The translations under genes were made by a program, and so were the position numbers. Shown piece after piece: positions 45,078 to 54,382 of a stretch of DNA of 64,000 bases. Location of the stretch: NCBI GenBank assembly GCA_965662915.1, contig CBFIJG010000001.1, positions 173,929-237,928 of the forward strand, written 5' to 3'. The notes beneath the pieces are model-generated. The model saw only the letters and a list, made by a program, of their open reading frames with translations. It searched no databases and was not told the DNA's origin. Origin of the DNA: Planctomycetota bacterium (GTDB taxonomy: Bacteria; Planctomycetota; UBA1135; GCA-002686595). The first letter of the stretch is position 1; each line of letters opens with the position of its first letter.

Positions 45078-48000
45078 TCAGTTCTGCGCCCAGCTGAGCC
45101 CCAGAGCCGAGAGCTCCGGGAACTGCCCGGTGGCGATGTTGTTGATGAACGACACCCGAACCTGGATCCAGTCGCCCTCGACACCGGAGATCTCGCTCAG
45201 GAAGGGAGTCCACGCATCGGAGCCGTTGATGAAGCCGCCGGAGACGCTGGGGTTCTCGTTGTCGACGATGTAGTCGAAGGACCCATCGAAGCAGGATGCG
45301 CCGCCGATCACGGACACGCCGGGCTCCTCCTCCTGCGGTGTGAAGTTGATGGGCGTGGAGTCGTAGAAATCTCCGTAGGGGTCCTGACGGGACGCCCAGG
45401 TGGTTTCGCTGGCCTCGTTGGGGAAAGCGACCGCGCGCGAAACGCGGTACTCGAACTGCAGTTCGGTGCCTTGCGGCTGCACGGACGGGACCGTCAGCGG
45501 GGCGAGGTAGTTCGGGTTGCTGTAGGTGGCATCACCGGCCAGATCTTCCGGCGTCGTGTCCGGACCGAGGGAGCTGTTGAGGGCCGGGTAGAAGATCGAG
45601 TGCATCCGGCTCACCCGCGTGACGAGATCGAGCGCGCCGTAGTAGACGATGTTGTCCACGGGCGGAAGCGGCGCTCCAGGAGGCGTCGAGGTCGGATCGA
45701 AGCCGCCGCTGGCCACCGTCTCGGCGTCCGGGTTGACGATGAACTGCGTGCCGCCCTGGTTGGTTCCGCCGGAGGAGTAGGCGCGGAAACCGGGGAGGTT
45801 CGTGGTCACGGCCGGGTTGGAGCCCGGCTGGATGTGTGCCCAGGCGTGGCCGAACTGGTTCTGCGAGGACGTGCCGTTGGTGGGGTAGCACTTCACGTCC
45901 ACCATCAGCGGCAGCGCTGCGGTCCGCACCTCGCCGGTGTCGTACATCGGGTTCGGCGTGGACGGGACGTTGCAGTCGGGCGGGCCGCCCATGGGGTCCG
46001 GCGTGGGATCGAATCCCTGAAGCCCGGTGAGCTGCCCGTACCGTCCGACGGGAGCGCCAACGGCGGATGAGCCCGCGCGTGCGTCGACGCCCGTGCTGCG
46101 CCATGTGAAGGTGAGCCATTGCTCGACCGGGAGGCCGAGGTTCATCGCGAGCGGGAGGAGCACGGTGCCGTCCGCCGCGACGGTGCGGTCGCCCGGGTTG
46201 ATCGTGAAGCCCCGCTGTCGCGGGCTGACGAGCTTGGGCACGTCCTCCACGAGCGAGAGCTGGTTGCCGTCGTAGTTCGAGGTGAGCCCCGAGCCCGGAT
46301 CCGTCAGAGCCTGCTGGGGGTTGACCGCCTCGTTCGGCGTCCTGCTCGAGTGGGACATCGACACGGAGAACTCGGGGAACGACTCGAAGACCGGCGTCGA
46401 GCCCAGCGGATTGAGAAGGATCCGCTCGACGTCGAGGTCCAGGGTCGTCATGTCGACGCGGCTCCGGATGTCCCGGTTGGTGTACAGGGGAAGGTTCACG
46501 TCCAGATAGCGCCAGACGAACTGCACGCGCGCGCCGAGAGGGTTCAGCGGGAGGGAGGTCCCCGTGCCGTTGAACATCTGCGAGACCAGCGTGTTCTCAG
46601 TGTCCTGACTGACAACGACCTGGCTCCTCACGACCGAGCGCGGCCGAATGCGACCGCGGACGATGTCGTAGTCGACGTTGCCGAACCACTCGTTCCTCGG
46701 AAGGCCATCGAGGAACGTGCCGGCCGGATCGCCGAAGGGCCACTCCTCGTCCGGCGAGGAGAACCTGATCACTCGCCCGCCGGTGAGGCGGTCGGGCCTG
46801 TTCATGTCCAGCGTGAACTCGACCACGTCGGGAACCGCGACGACCGGGTTGCCGGCGAGGTCGCGGGGACCAAGATCTCCGCCCTGGAGCTGGAAGAAGT
46901 AGCTCTCCTCGTTCCCGAAGAGGTGTGCCAGGTCCTGGAACGGACGGAAGGTGAAGGTCTCCAGGCTGGCGTCGTTGGTGACCGTGCCGGGGACGTAGTC
47001 GGTCGGAAGGATCGTCGCTGAGCCCCCTGCTCCGCTGAGCCTGGGGTCCTTCCGGAGCAGGGTGATGCCCTCGTAAGCCTCGAGCAGGCCCGGGTCCACC
47101 GCCTCGTTGAAGCGCACGGAGAACTCCACGTCCGTCGAGAGGTTGACCGTGGGGTTGTCGGAGTCCGGGGCCCGGGGGGTGGTCTCCACGAAGCAGAACG
47201 CGAGCGCCGCGTCCTCCACCTCGTCGTAGGCGGTCCGGTACGCGATGGGGCCCTGTCCGGAGGCCTGGTACTGAGCGGGCCCGGTGAAGCCCTCGGGGGT
47301 CACGATGAGCTGGACTCGCAGGTTGTTGGCGATGCCGAGGCCGCTGAGGGCCGAGTCATCGAGGACTCGCGCGAAGAACGGCGCCTGCGCGATGAGGTCG
47401 CCCGCGCGGGGATCGATGTCGCAGATCGCGGTGGCGAACAGCACCTCGGGCAGGGTGAAGATCAGGTTCGCAGCGTCTTCGATCACCGGCGCTGCGGTGA
47501 TGACCGCGGCCCGGGAGCCGACCACGCGCGGCTCGGTGTCGTCGAAGAGGAATCCGTTCCCAGGGTCCCCGGTCACGTCGGTTCGTCCACCCGCGCGAAA
47601 CGCGCGCACGATCTCGCGAGTGGGCGAGCTGAAGTCGAAGCTTCCGTTCTGGGAGGTCGTCAGCGGGCTTTCGCTGAGGTTCTGGAGGACCGGCTGGATC
47701 TGACCGGTGATCCGCCGGGTCGGGAAGCGAACCTCGACGTTCGCCTCGTTCGAGTCCACGCTCCCGGGAAAGCCGAGCAGATTGACGCTGATGGGGGTGG
47801 AGGAGTTGAACGAGTCGAGCTCCGAGATCGCGGGGTCGATCACGAGGCGCGTCGAGTAGAACTGCGCGCCGGACCCTCCCGCGAAGGTGACTGCGTCCCC
47901 GTGGTTGGGGTCCAAGAACACCCGGGCCTCGAACGGCGTCACGGCGGGATCCCCGACCTGCACGCGAACGGAGGCAGCGTTGAGGGTGTCGGGGTCGATG

Positions 48001-48620
48001 AGGTCGTCGAGGATGACGACGAACGCGGCGTTGCGCGGGACCATCGTGTAGGTGCCGGCCTGACCGAACCCGTTGTCGGACACGACGCGAGTGCCGGCAT
48101 CGGCGGCGCGCAGGAGACGGATGTAGCGCTGACGACCCGTCTCGGGCTCGCCGAGATCGAGGGTCGTGTCGCTGTAATCCGCCTTGATGAAGAGGACCTG
48201 CTCGCCGGTGACCGGGTTGGTCTCGAGGGCGTAGCTGTTCTCGTCCCAGGCATCCTCCGGGCGAGGGTCGACGACGAAGTCCGTGTGGAGGGTCACGCGC
48301 CCGTCCGTCGCGTTGGGGCCAGCCTGCGCCTGGATGCGGACCAGCCGTCCGTAGTACTGCTGCGCGATGCGCATCGAGGACGCGAGCCCGCCGAAGTTCT
48401 CGTCGACGAAGAACGACGATCCGGAGCCCTCGACGTACGAGCCCACCGTGTTCGCCACCTTGTCGGCCGACTCGGTCGAATTGCACCCGGTGGCGGCCAG
48501 GATGGGCAGCGCTGCGGCGGCGACCAGCGCCGCGGCGGGTCGCTTGCACGCGATCCGGGCCGGGGAGTCGACGCGGCCGCTCTCGAGGAGAGGCCGGGGA
48601 CGGGAGTTCTTGACGCTCAT
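45078..48620 (-). CDS. very large lipoprotein (1180 aa), function unknown, Ig-like/beta-rich
   Basis: Track ORF 45078..48917 trimmed to ATG 48620 (MSVKNSRPRP...AAALVAAAALPILAATGC lipobox). The body is Gly/Asn/Thr/Pro-rich beta-type sequence. One segment (VNLSTDVEFSVRFNEAVDPGLLEAYEGITLL) resembles SbsA/Big_5-type Ig-like domains. No catalytic motif recognised. Confidence 0.8.
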   Translation of the reverse strand: MSVKNSRPRPLLESGRVDSPARIACKRPAAALVAAAALPILAATGCNSTESADKVANTVGSYVEGSGSSFFVDENFGGLASSMRIAQQYYGRLVRIQAQAGPNATDGRVTLHTDFVVDPRPEDAWDENSYALETNPVTGEQVLFIKADYSDTTLDLGEPETGRQRYIRLLRAADAGTRVVSDNGFGQAGTYTMVPRNAAFVVILDDLIDPDTLNAASVRVQVGDPAVTPFEARVFLDPNHGDAVTFAGGSGAQFYSTRLVIDPAISELDSFNSSTPISVNLLGFPGSVDSNEANVEVRFPTRRITGQIQPVLQNLSESPLTTSQNGSFDFSSPTREIVRAFRAGGRTDVTGDPGNGFLFDDTEPRVVGSRAAVITAAPVIEDAANLIFTLPEVLFATAICDIDPRAGDLIAQAPFFARVLDDSALSGLGIANNLRVQLIVTPEGFTGPAQYQASGQGPIAYRTAYDEVEDAALAFCFVETTPRAPDSDNPTVNLSTDVEFSVRFNEAVDPGLLEAYEGITLLRKDPRLSGAGGSATILPTDYVPGTVTNDASLETFTFRPFQDLAHLFGNEESYFFQLQGGDLGPRDLAGNPVVAVPDVVEFTLDMNRPDRLTGGRVIRFSSPDEEWPFGDPAGTFLDGLPRNEWFGNVDYDIVRGRIRPRSVVRSQVVVSQDTENTLVSQMFNGTGTSLPLNPLGARVQFVWRYLDVNLPLYTNRDIRSRVDMTTLDLDVERILLNPLGSTPVFESFPEFSVSMSHSSRTPNEAVNPQQALTDPGSGLTSNYDGNQLSLVEDVPKLVSPRQRGFTINPGDRTVAADGTVLLPLAMNLGLPVEQWLTFTWRSTGVDARAGSSAVGAPVGRYGQLTGLQGFDPTPDPMGGPPDCNVPSTPNPMYDTGEVRTAALPLMVDVKCYPTNGTSSQNQFGHAWAHIQPGSNPAVTTNLPGFRAYSSGGTNQGGTQFIVNPDAETVASGGFDPTSTPPGAPLPPVDNIVYYGALDLVTRVSRMHSIFYPALNSSLGPDTTPEDLAGDATYSNPNYLAPLTVPSVQPQGTELQFEYRVSRAVAFPNEASETTWASRQDPYGDFYDSTPINFTPQEEEPGVSVIGGASCFDGSFDYIVDNENPSVSGGFINGSDAWTPFLSEISGVEGDWIQVRVSFINNIATGQFPELSALGLSWAQN

Positions 48621-49000
48621 GAGTGTCGAAAGACTTTGGAGAGGGACCGGGCGGCCGACGGTGGCGGCGGGCCAGAGGCGATCCCGGGATGCCGCGGATG
48701 GTGCAAACGGTGTTCCACCGTGCCGCAGCTGGGGGGGCTGGAACTCGGCGATGTTAGGGGTCCGACGAGTCCAAGGCCGCGGGAGCGCTCCCGAGGCCTG
48801 TGCTGGGACCGCAAGGGTAGAAGGGCGCATGTTGTGAGGCAACGAATTGAGTCGCTCCCATGTCCCTCCTCGGGCGCGGTGAAGGGTGGCAAGGTTCGAT
48901 CGTGCGGTAGCGCACATTCAAGGACCGGCGGGCGGGCGATCTGTCCGAATGAACGGAGCCGCGGCGCGGCGGGACGGGCCCCTGCCATGACCCGGTGAGG

Positions 49001-49030
49001 TCCGGGAATCCGAGCGATCGGAATCCCGGA
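49001..49030. promoter_or_regulatory. 30-nt near-perfect palindrome in a divergent intergenic region
   Basis: TCCGGGAATCCGA-GCGA-TCGGAATCCCGGA forms 13-nt arms with one central mismatch. It lies between the lipoprotein start (48620) and the membrane-protein start (49215). Confidence 0.3.
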
Positions 49031-49214
49031 TCGATTGCCCGCAGCGCCGCGCACTGCGGGTTTCTGCGGATGGTCCGTCCATTGGGCATTCAATCCATCG
49101 GCCCATCCGCGCTCCTTGGGGGCCCACGCCAGTGAGAGACGAGCTCCGACGTGCCCACTGCACGAATCGGCAGACTCCCTGCGAGTGGGACGCAACTCCA
49201 GTCAGACTCCGAAG

Positions 49215-50861
49215 ATGCCCGCTCCAGTCAATCGGCCGCTCGCGATCCTCGCCGCCTGGCTCCTCGCCCTCAGCGTGCTCGCCGTGGCGGTGACCCGGGA
49301 AGGCTTGATGGCTGGCAGCTTGGATGACGTCTTCGTGGTGCTCCACGAGGCGCGGGGCTGGGCAGCGCACATCGGCCTCCTTCCGGACACCATGGCTGAT
49401 GAGGGGCTTGGAAGGCCGACCGTGGAGGGGGCGACGAGTCCGGCGGACGTCGTGGTCAAGATGATCTCGATGGTCCTCGCGCCCTCGGCGGATCCGCTCG
49501 TGGTGGCTGGTTGGGTCTGTCTGGGATGGCTCGCGATGGGCGCGCTCGTGATCGCCCATGGTGCCGTGGCCCTCGGGGCAGGTCGCCTTCAGGCGGCTGC
49601 CGTCGCCGCGGGCTGGGCGTGTTCGCTCGGTCTCGTCGAGGCGGCGAGCTATCGCCTCGAGGGCGCTCTCTTCGCCGCGGTCTGGGGGGCTCTTCTCGTC
49701 GCGGCTGCGAGGGAGCGGCGGAACACCGCTCTGGTCCTTTCCGTCCTGCTCTGCGCGGTGAGGCCAGAAGGGTTCGTTCTTGGGCCGGCCGCGGCTCTGT
49801 GCGCTCATCGGAGCTCCCCCTCCGCGATCGTCGTTGCCCGGTGCGTCTCATCGGCCGCTCCCGTCCTTGGAGCGAGGCTCATCGCCTTCGGGAGCTGGGC
49901 TCCACAGTCCTATCGCGCCAAGTCCTCCGACGATCGATGGCTCGAGTTCCAGGACGGACTCGGCTATCTCGACGCGTCGCTTCGGACCCCCGCCGGAGCA
50001 GCTCTGCTCGTGCTGGCCGCAGGTGTTCTCTGGAGTCTCTGGGTCGGGAGAGCGGCCCAGGGGGGTCCGCGGTCGAGCGATCGACTGCGCTGCAGTCTCC
50101 TCTCGATCACGAGCCTCGCCGCCGTGATCCTCGTCCTGTCGGGTGGCGACGGGTACGCGGGGTCGCGACTCGCGTTGCCGCTCGCGGCCCCCGTGTGGAT
50201 CGCAGCGTCCGTTCCAGCCTTCTCAGGCGTGACCGTGCAGCGTGTCTGCCTCGGGCTCGCGTTGTGTTTGCAAATCGTCGGGCTGCAGCCCTCGGTGGGG
50301 GAGCCGCGCCGAGAGGGGCTTGAATCCTTGAATCTCGCACGGAGCACCGTGAATCGGCTGCGAGCCGGACCGAGCGGGCTCGAGGCTTTCGAGGGCGATC
50401 AGGAAGTGCTGCGTGCAGCGGCGGAAGCGCTTGGTCGAGAGACGCTCGCGCACAGGCATGCGCAGAGATTCCGCTGGTTCTCTCCGGGCCTCCATATCCT
50501 CGATCTGACCGGGCTGACCTCGAAGGAGGTCGGAGATCTCCCCGCGCCACACCGGGTGACGTTCGGCCGCGATGCCATCGCATACGCGATCGACGAGCGA
50601 GTCGGCGCCCTTCACCTCGACGTCCTTCGCGCGCGGCCGAGCCCGCTCGCAGGCGAATCACCGAAGGTCCTCGCCGACGAAATGCATGCCCTGCGATTCG
50701 TCGGGCCTCCTCCGCTCGGGGGGGACGTGGCGGCGCGGCTTGCCGAGCAGTACGTCTGCGCCTCCTATCTACACCCGGGGGCAGCGGGCTGGTTCAATCT
50801 CCTGGTGCGCAAGGATCTCGTTGGGCGATTCGAAGCTGCGGGCTTCCGTCTGCGCCCCTGA
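49215..50861 (+). CDS. polytopic integral membrane protein (about 11-12 TM helices plus a soluble C-domain of about 150 aa), possibly a GT-C-fold glycosyltransferase
   Basis: Track ORF 49035..50861 (TTG) trimmed to ATG 49215 (MPAPVNRPLAILAAWLLALSVLAVA). It has many Ala/Leu/Gly-rich helices. The architecture resembles ArnT/PMT-like enzymes, but I saw no diagnostic motif. Confidence 0.7.
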   Translation: MPAPVNRPLAILAAWLLALSVLAVAVTREGLMAGSLDDVFVVLHEARGWAAHIGLLPDTMADEGLGRPTVEGATSPADVVVKMISMVLAPSADPLVVAGWVCLGWLAMGALVIAHGAVALGAGRLQAAAVAAGWACSLGLVEAASYRLEGALFAAVWGALLVAAARERRNTALVLSVLLCAVRPEGFVLGPAAALCAHRSSPSAIVVARCVSSAAPVLGARLIAFGSWAPQSYRAKSSDDRWLEFQDGLGYLDASLRTPAGAALLVLAAGVLWSLWVGRAAQGGPRSSDRLRCSLLSITSLAAVILVLSGGDGYAGSRLALPLAAPVWIAASVPAFSGVTVQRVCLGLALCLQIVGLQPSVGEPRREGLESLNLARSTVNRLRAGPSGLEAFEGDQEVLRAAAEALGRETLAHRHAQRFRWFSPGLHILDLTGLTSKEVGDLPAPHRVTFGRDAIAYAIDERVGALHLDVLRARPSPLAGESPKVLADEMHALRFVGPPPLGGDVAARLAEQYVCASYLHPGAAGWFNLLVRKDLVGRFEAAGFRLRP

Positions 50862-50892
50862 TGGCGGAAAGCATCGCTCGCCCCGTGACCGG

Positions 50893-53661
50893 TCAGTCGT
50901 CCAGGACGATGCTCCGAGCCCAGCTGAGCGTCTTCTGGAGGCCTGGTACCGCCATGAACTCCGGCTGCAAAGAGCGAGTCAGCGCCTCCTCCAGATAGGT
51001 GTTCGCCTTCCGGCCATGGACGGGGGAGGAGGTGTAGGCCACGGCCTTCACCGCCAGGAAGACGGGATGACGCTCATCGAACGACGGCCTCCTGCCCATC
51101 TCCTCGACGAGTGCGAAGACCTTCAGGCGGTCGCCCGCGCGCGCGAGCAGCTCGATCTGCGCGAGCTCGAGCGCCGGGTCGTTCGGGTCCACCGTGAGGG
51201 CGACGGCGACCGCGTCGCAACCCACGCGATAGTCGTCCTCACCGAGCCCATCCGCGATCCGAAGGGCCACGGCCCGCTCTCCGAGCTGCCGGGCGAGCTG
51301 GCGGCGGGCGCTCTCGGCGCCTCTGACGCTCGCCATCGAGGCGTGCAGATCGAGCAGGCGGGAAAGCTCCAGCGCCGCCTCTCCGCGCTCCTTGTGGCGC
51401 TCGGCGAGAGAGCGGAGGGCGTCGTGATACGGCCCGGTTTCCCGTTCGAAGATCTGACTCACGAGCTCGAACTCGCGGCTCATCGCATCGTCGAGGACGG
51501 CGCGCGGGACGCGCGCGCTGGAGGCGACCTCGTTGAAGGCTCGGACCGCGGCGTACTCCAGTTCTCGAGGCGCTCTGTCGATCATCGCCAGCCCGTCCAT
51601 CGCCCTCCGGAGCTCCAGCGCCGCCTCGCCGGTCTTGCCGATGCTCGCCAGCCAGCGTCCGCAGCGGATGTGCTCTCGCGGGAGGGCAGTGCTCTGCGGC
51701 GTCGAGAGGCGCTCGAGGACGCGGAACAGCTCGTTCCACGCTTCTCGAGCGAGTTCGTCCGCGCCCGCTCGGACGCGCACGTCGATCAGCATCTCGAGGA
51801 CGTCTGCACGCATGCGCCGATCGGTGGGCGCCAAAGCTCGGGCGATCTCATCGGCGGATGTGGCGAGCGCCTCCGCTCGCTGAAGGTCGCCTTCGTCCAA
51901 GGACAGAGCGGCTACCTCCAGGCGGGCCGGGTTGAGGAACGGGGTCCCCGGGGGAGAGAGTGCGCTGTCCAGATCGATGGCGGCGGTCAGCTGTTCCTCC
52001 GCAGCCGCGGGATCGCCGATGCGCGCGAGCTGCATGCCCAGGGCGCTACGAACGAACTTCACCTCAACCGAACGGGGCCCATGGACGCGCTCTGCGACCT
52101 CAAGCGCCCGCCGGCGTGCCTCGAGCGCGCCGTCGAGATCGCCCGACCGCGCGAGACGGGCCGCATGCGTCGAAAGGGCATCCACCACGAAGGGATGGTC
52201 CGCACCGAACGCATCCTCGGCCTGGCGCTGCACCTCATCGGCTGTCCGCCGGCCGGAGTCGACCCCCATGGCCTCGGTGAAGACCGCGGTGATCACGTCC
52301 GCCTGATCCTGCTTCGCTCGCTGCGCGTCGAATGCGACAACCAGACCGATCAGGAGCGCTGTCAGTGCCGCGCCGGCGGCGGCCGCCGCCACCCGGTGCC
52401 GGCGGAGGAACTTCCGGAAGCGATAAGTGGTGCTGGGGGGCCGCGCCTGAATGGGACGATCGGCGAGCGCGTGCTGGATGTCCCGCGCGAAGCTGGCCGC
52501 CGACTCGTACCTGCGATCACGTTCGTGCGCTAGGGCCTGAAGGGCGATGAAGTCGAGGTCGCCGCTGATCATGGCGCGCAGTTCGGATGCGGACCCTCCG
52601 CGACTCAGGGCGAGGCTCGAGAGGTCCGCTCGGGCCAAGAGTGCGGATGACGGGAGCGGCGGCTCGTGATGTGCGAGGAAGGACGCGAGGTCCCCGGCGA
52701 CGGCATGCTCCCGGAGCTCGTGGGCCTCGAGCGGCGGCCCGCCCGTGAGCAGTTCGTAGAAGATCACGCCGAGCGAGTAGACGTCCGACCTCGTGTCGAT
52801 GTCCCCTTGCCCGAGGGCCTGCTCCGGACTCATGTACACCGGGGTCCCGATGACCTGGCCCAGCTCCGTGCGTAGCGGCTCCCCGGGATCGCGGTCGTCG
52901 GCGGTGGCCTTCGCGATGCCGAAGTCGATGACCTTCGGCAGCGCGCGGCTCTCGCCCTCCGCGACGAGGACGTTCGATGGTTTCAGGTCGCGGTGGATGA
53001 TCCCGCGCTGATGGGCGTGCTGCACGGCACCGCAGAGCTCCAGGAAGAGCTCGCATCGGCCTCGAATGCTCAGAGCCTTGCCGTCGCAATAGCTGGTGAG
53101 GTCGATGCCCGGGACGAGATCCATCACGAAGTAGGGCCGCCCCCCCTCGGTCTGTCCGGCGTCGAGCACGCGCGCGATGGATGGATGATCCAGACGCGCG
53201 AGCGCCTGGCGCTCCGCCTCGAACCGCGCGATCACCTGCCGGGTGTCCATTCCGAGCTTGATCACCTTGAAGGCGACCTCTCGACGAACGGGCTCGCTCT
53301 GCTTTGCGCGGTAGACCACGCCGAAGCCTCCCTCGCCGAGGCGCTCCACGAGGCGGTAGGGACCGACGCTGGAGCCGACATCCACGTCCAGTGGTGCCGT
53401 GTCGTGTGCCTCCGCCCGGAACTCGATGGGGAGCAGCGGGCCACGCTCGAGGAAGTCGCTGGAGGACGCATGCGCCTCGAGAAGATCACGCACCTGCTGG
53501 AGGAGCAGATCGTCGTTACCGGTCGCTGCGCGAAGCCATGCATCTCGCCTGGAGCCTTCGGGCCGCGCAAGAGCGCCGTGGAAGAGCGCCTCCACGGCGC
53601 GCAGCGGCGGCGCCCCGTCTTCGTGACGTGACGCGGGTCTCGTCCCCGAGTCGGAGCTCAT
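50893..53661 (-). CDS. Ser/Thr protein kinase with a TM helix and C-terminal TPR-like repeats
   Basis: Contains GEGGFGVVYRA, AFKVIK, HRDLKPSNVLV, DFGIAKA and SPEQ. A TM helix (VAAAAAGAALTALLIGLVVAF) follows, then about 480 aa of TPR/helical repeats. The ATG overlaps the sigma stop (ATGA). Confidence 0.93.
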   Translation of the reverse strand: MSSDSGTRPASRHEDGAPPLRAVEALFHGALARPEGSRRDAWLRAATGNDDLLLQQVRDLLEAHASSSDFLERGPLLPIEFRAEAHDTAPLDVDVGSSVGPYRLVERLGEGGFGVVYRAKQSEPVRREVAFKVIKLGMDTRQVIARFEAERQALARLDHPSIARVLDAGQTEGGRPYFVMDLVPGIDLTSYCDGKALSIRGRCELFLELCGAVQHAHQRGIIHRDLKPSNVLVAEGESRALPKVIDFGIAKATADDRDPGEPLRTELGQVIGTPVYMSPEQALGQGDIDTRSDVYSLGVIFYELLTGGPPLEAHELREHAVAGDLASFLAHHEPPLPSSALLARADLSSLALSRGGSASELRAMISGDLDFIALQALAHERDRRYESAASFARDIQHALADRPIQARPPSTTYRFRKFLRRHRVAAAAAGAALTALLIGLVVAFDAQRAKQDQADVITAVFTEAMGVDSGRRTADEVQRQAEDAFGADHPFVVDALSTHAARLARSGDLDGALEARRRALEVAERVHGPRSVEVKFVRSALGMQLARIGDPAAAEEQLTAAIDLDSALSPPGTPFLNPARLEVAALSLDEGDLQRAEALATSADEIARALAPTDRRMRADVLEMLIDVRVRAGADELAREAWNELFRVLERLSTPQSTALPREHIRCGRWLASIGKTGEAALELRRAMDGLAMIDRAPRELEYAAVRAFNEVASSARVPRAVLDDAMSREFELVSQIFERETGPYHDALRSLAERHKERGEAALELSRLLDLHASMASVRGAESARRQLARQLGERAVALRIADGLGEDDYRVGCDAVAVALTVDPNDPALELAQIELLARAGDRLKVFALVEEMGRRPSFDERHPVFLAVKAVAYTSSPVHGRKANTYLEEALTRSLQPEFMAVPGLQKTLSWARSIVLDD

Positions 53662-54257
53662 CGTTCGTCTCCGACCCCGTTGGCGTGGCTCTCGTCATGG
53701 AGCACCCTGAAGAGCCACGCTCGTGCGAGCGCCCAATTTCGATCCGCAGTGGCGCGGGAGACTCCCAGGATTTCAGCAGCCTCGACGATCGAAAGCCCGG
53801 CGAAGAAGCGCAGCTCGACGAGCTTCGCCTTCTCAGGAGCCTCGGCAGCCAGCCGATTCAGCGCGTCGTCGAGCGCAAGGAGGTCTACAGACGGCGGCAG
53901 GGCCACGAGGGCATCGGGTTCGACAGTGGACCTCGCGTGGCTACCCCCGTGTTTCAGGCTGCTGCGTCGCCGCGCCCGTTCGATCAGGATGCGGCGCATG
54001 GCCTCTGCCGCAGAACCCAGGAAGTGCGCCCGGTTGCGGAAGCCCGGGATGGCGCCTCCGGACACTTCCTCGGAGCCAGCGAGGCGCATCCACGCCTCGT
54101 GGACCAGAGCCGTCGCATCCATGGTCTGGCCGCGCTCACGACGAAGCTGTCTGGCAGCGATTCGACGCAACTCCGCGTAAAGCGCGCTGATCAGCTGATC
54201 GTTCGCTTCGGCGTCGCCAGCTCGAAGCGCGTCGAGAAGTCTTGTCACATCGGACAC
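53658..54257 (-). CDS. ECF sigma factor of the kinase-associated type (Pfam Sigma70_ECF-like / ECF43-like)
   Basis: The N-terminus MSDVTRLLDALRAGDAEANDQLISALYAELRRIAARQLRRERGQTMDATALVHEAWMRL is the signature of this family. The region 4 HTH is LSIVEAAEILGVSRATADRNWALARAWL. Confidence 0.9.
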   Translation of the reverse strand: MSDVTRLLDALRAGDAEANDQLISALYAELRRIAARQLRRERGQTMDATALVHEAWMRLAGSEEVSGGAIPGFRNRAHFLGSAAEAMRRILIERARRRSSLKHGGSHARSTVEPDALVALPPSVDLLALDDALNRLAAEAPEKAKLVELRFFAGLSIVEAAEILGVSRATADRNWALARAWLFRVLHDESHANGVGDER

Positions 54258-54382
54258 GCCCTACAGACTATCCCGTAGGCGGCGCTCTGAGGCCCGTCCA
54301 GACGCCCTGGAAATCGCAGACGGCGTCCCACCTCCGGGAGGTGAACCGCCGTCCGAGAGTCAACGGAGTGGGTCCGTTCAGC

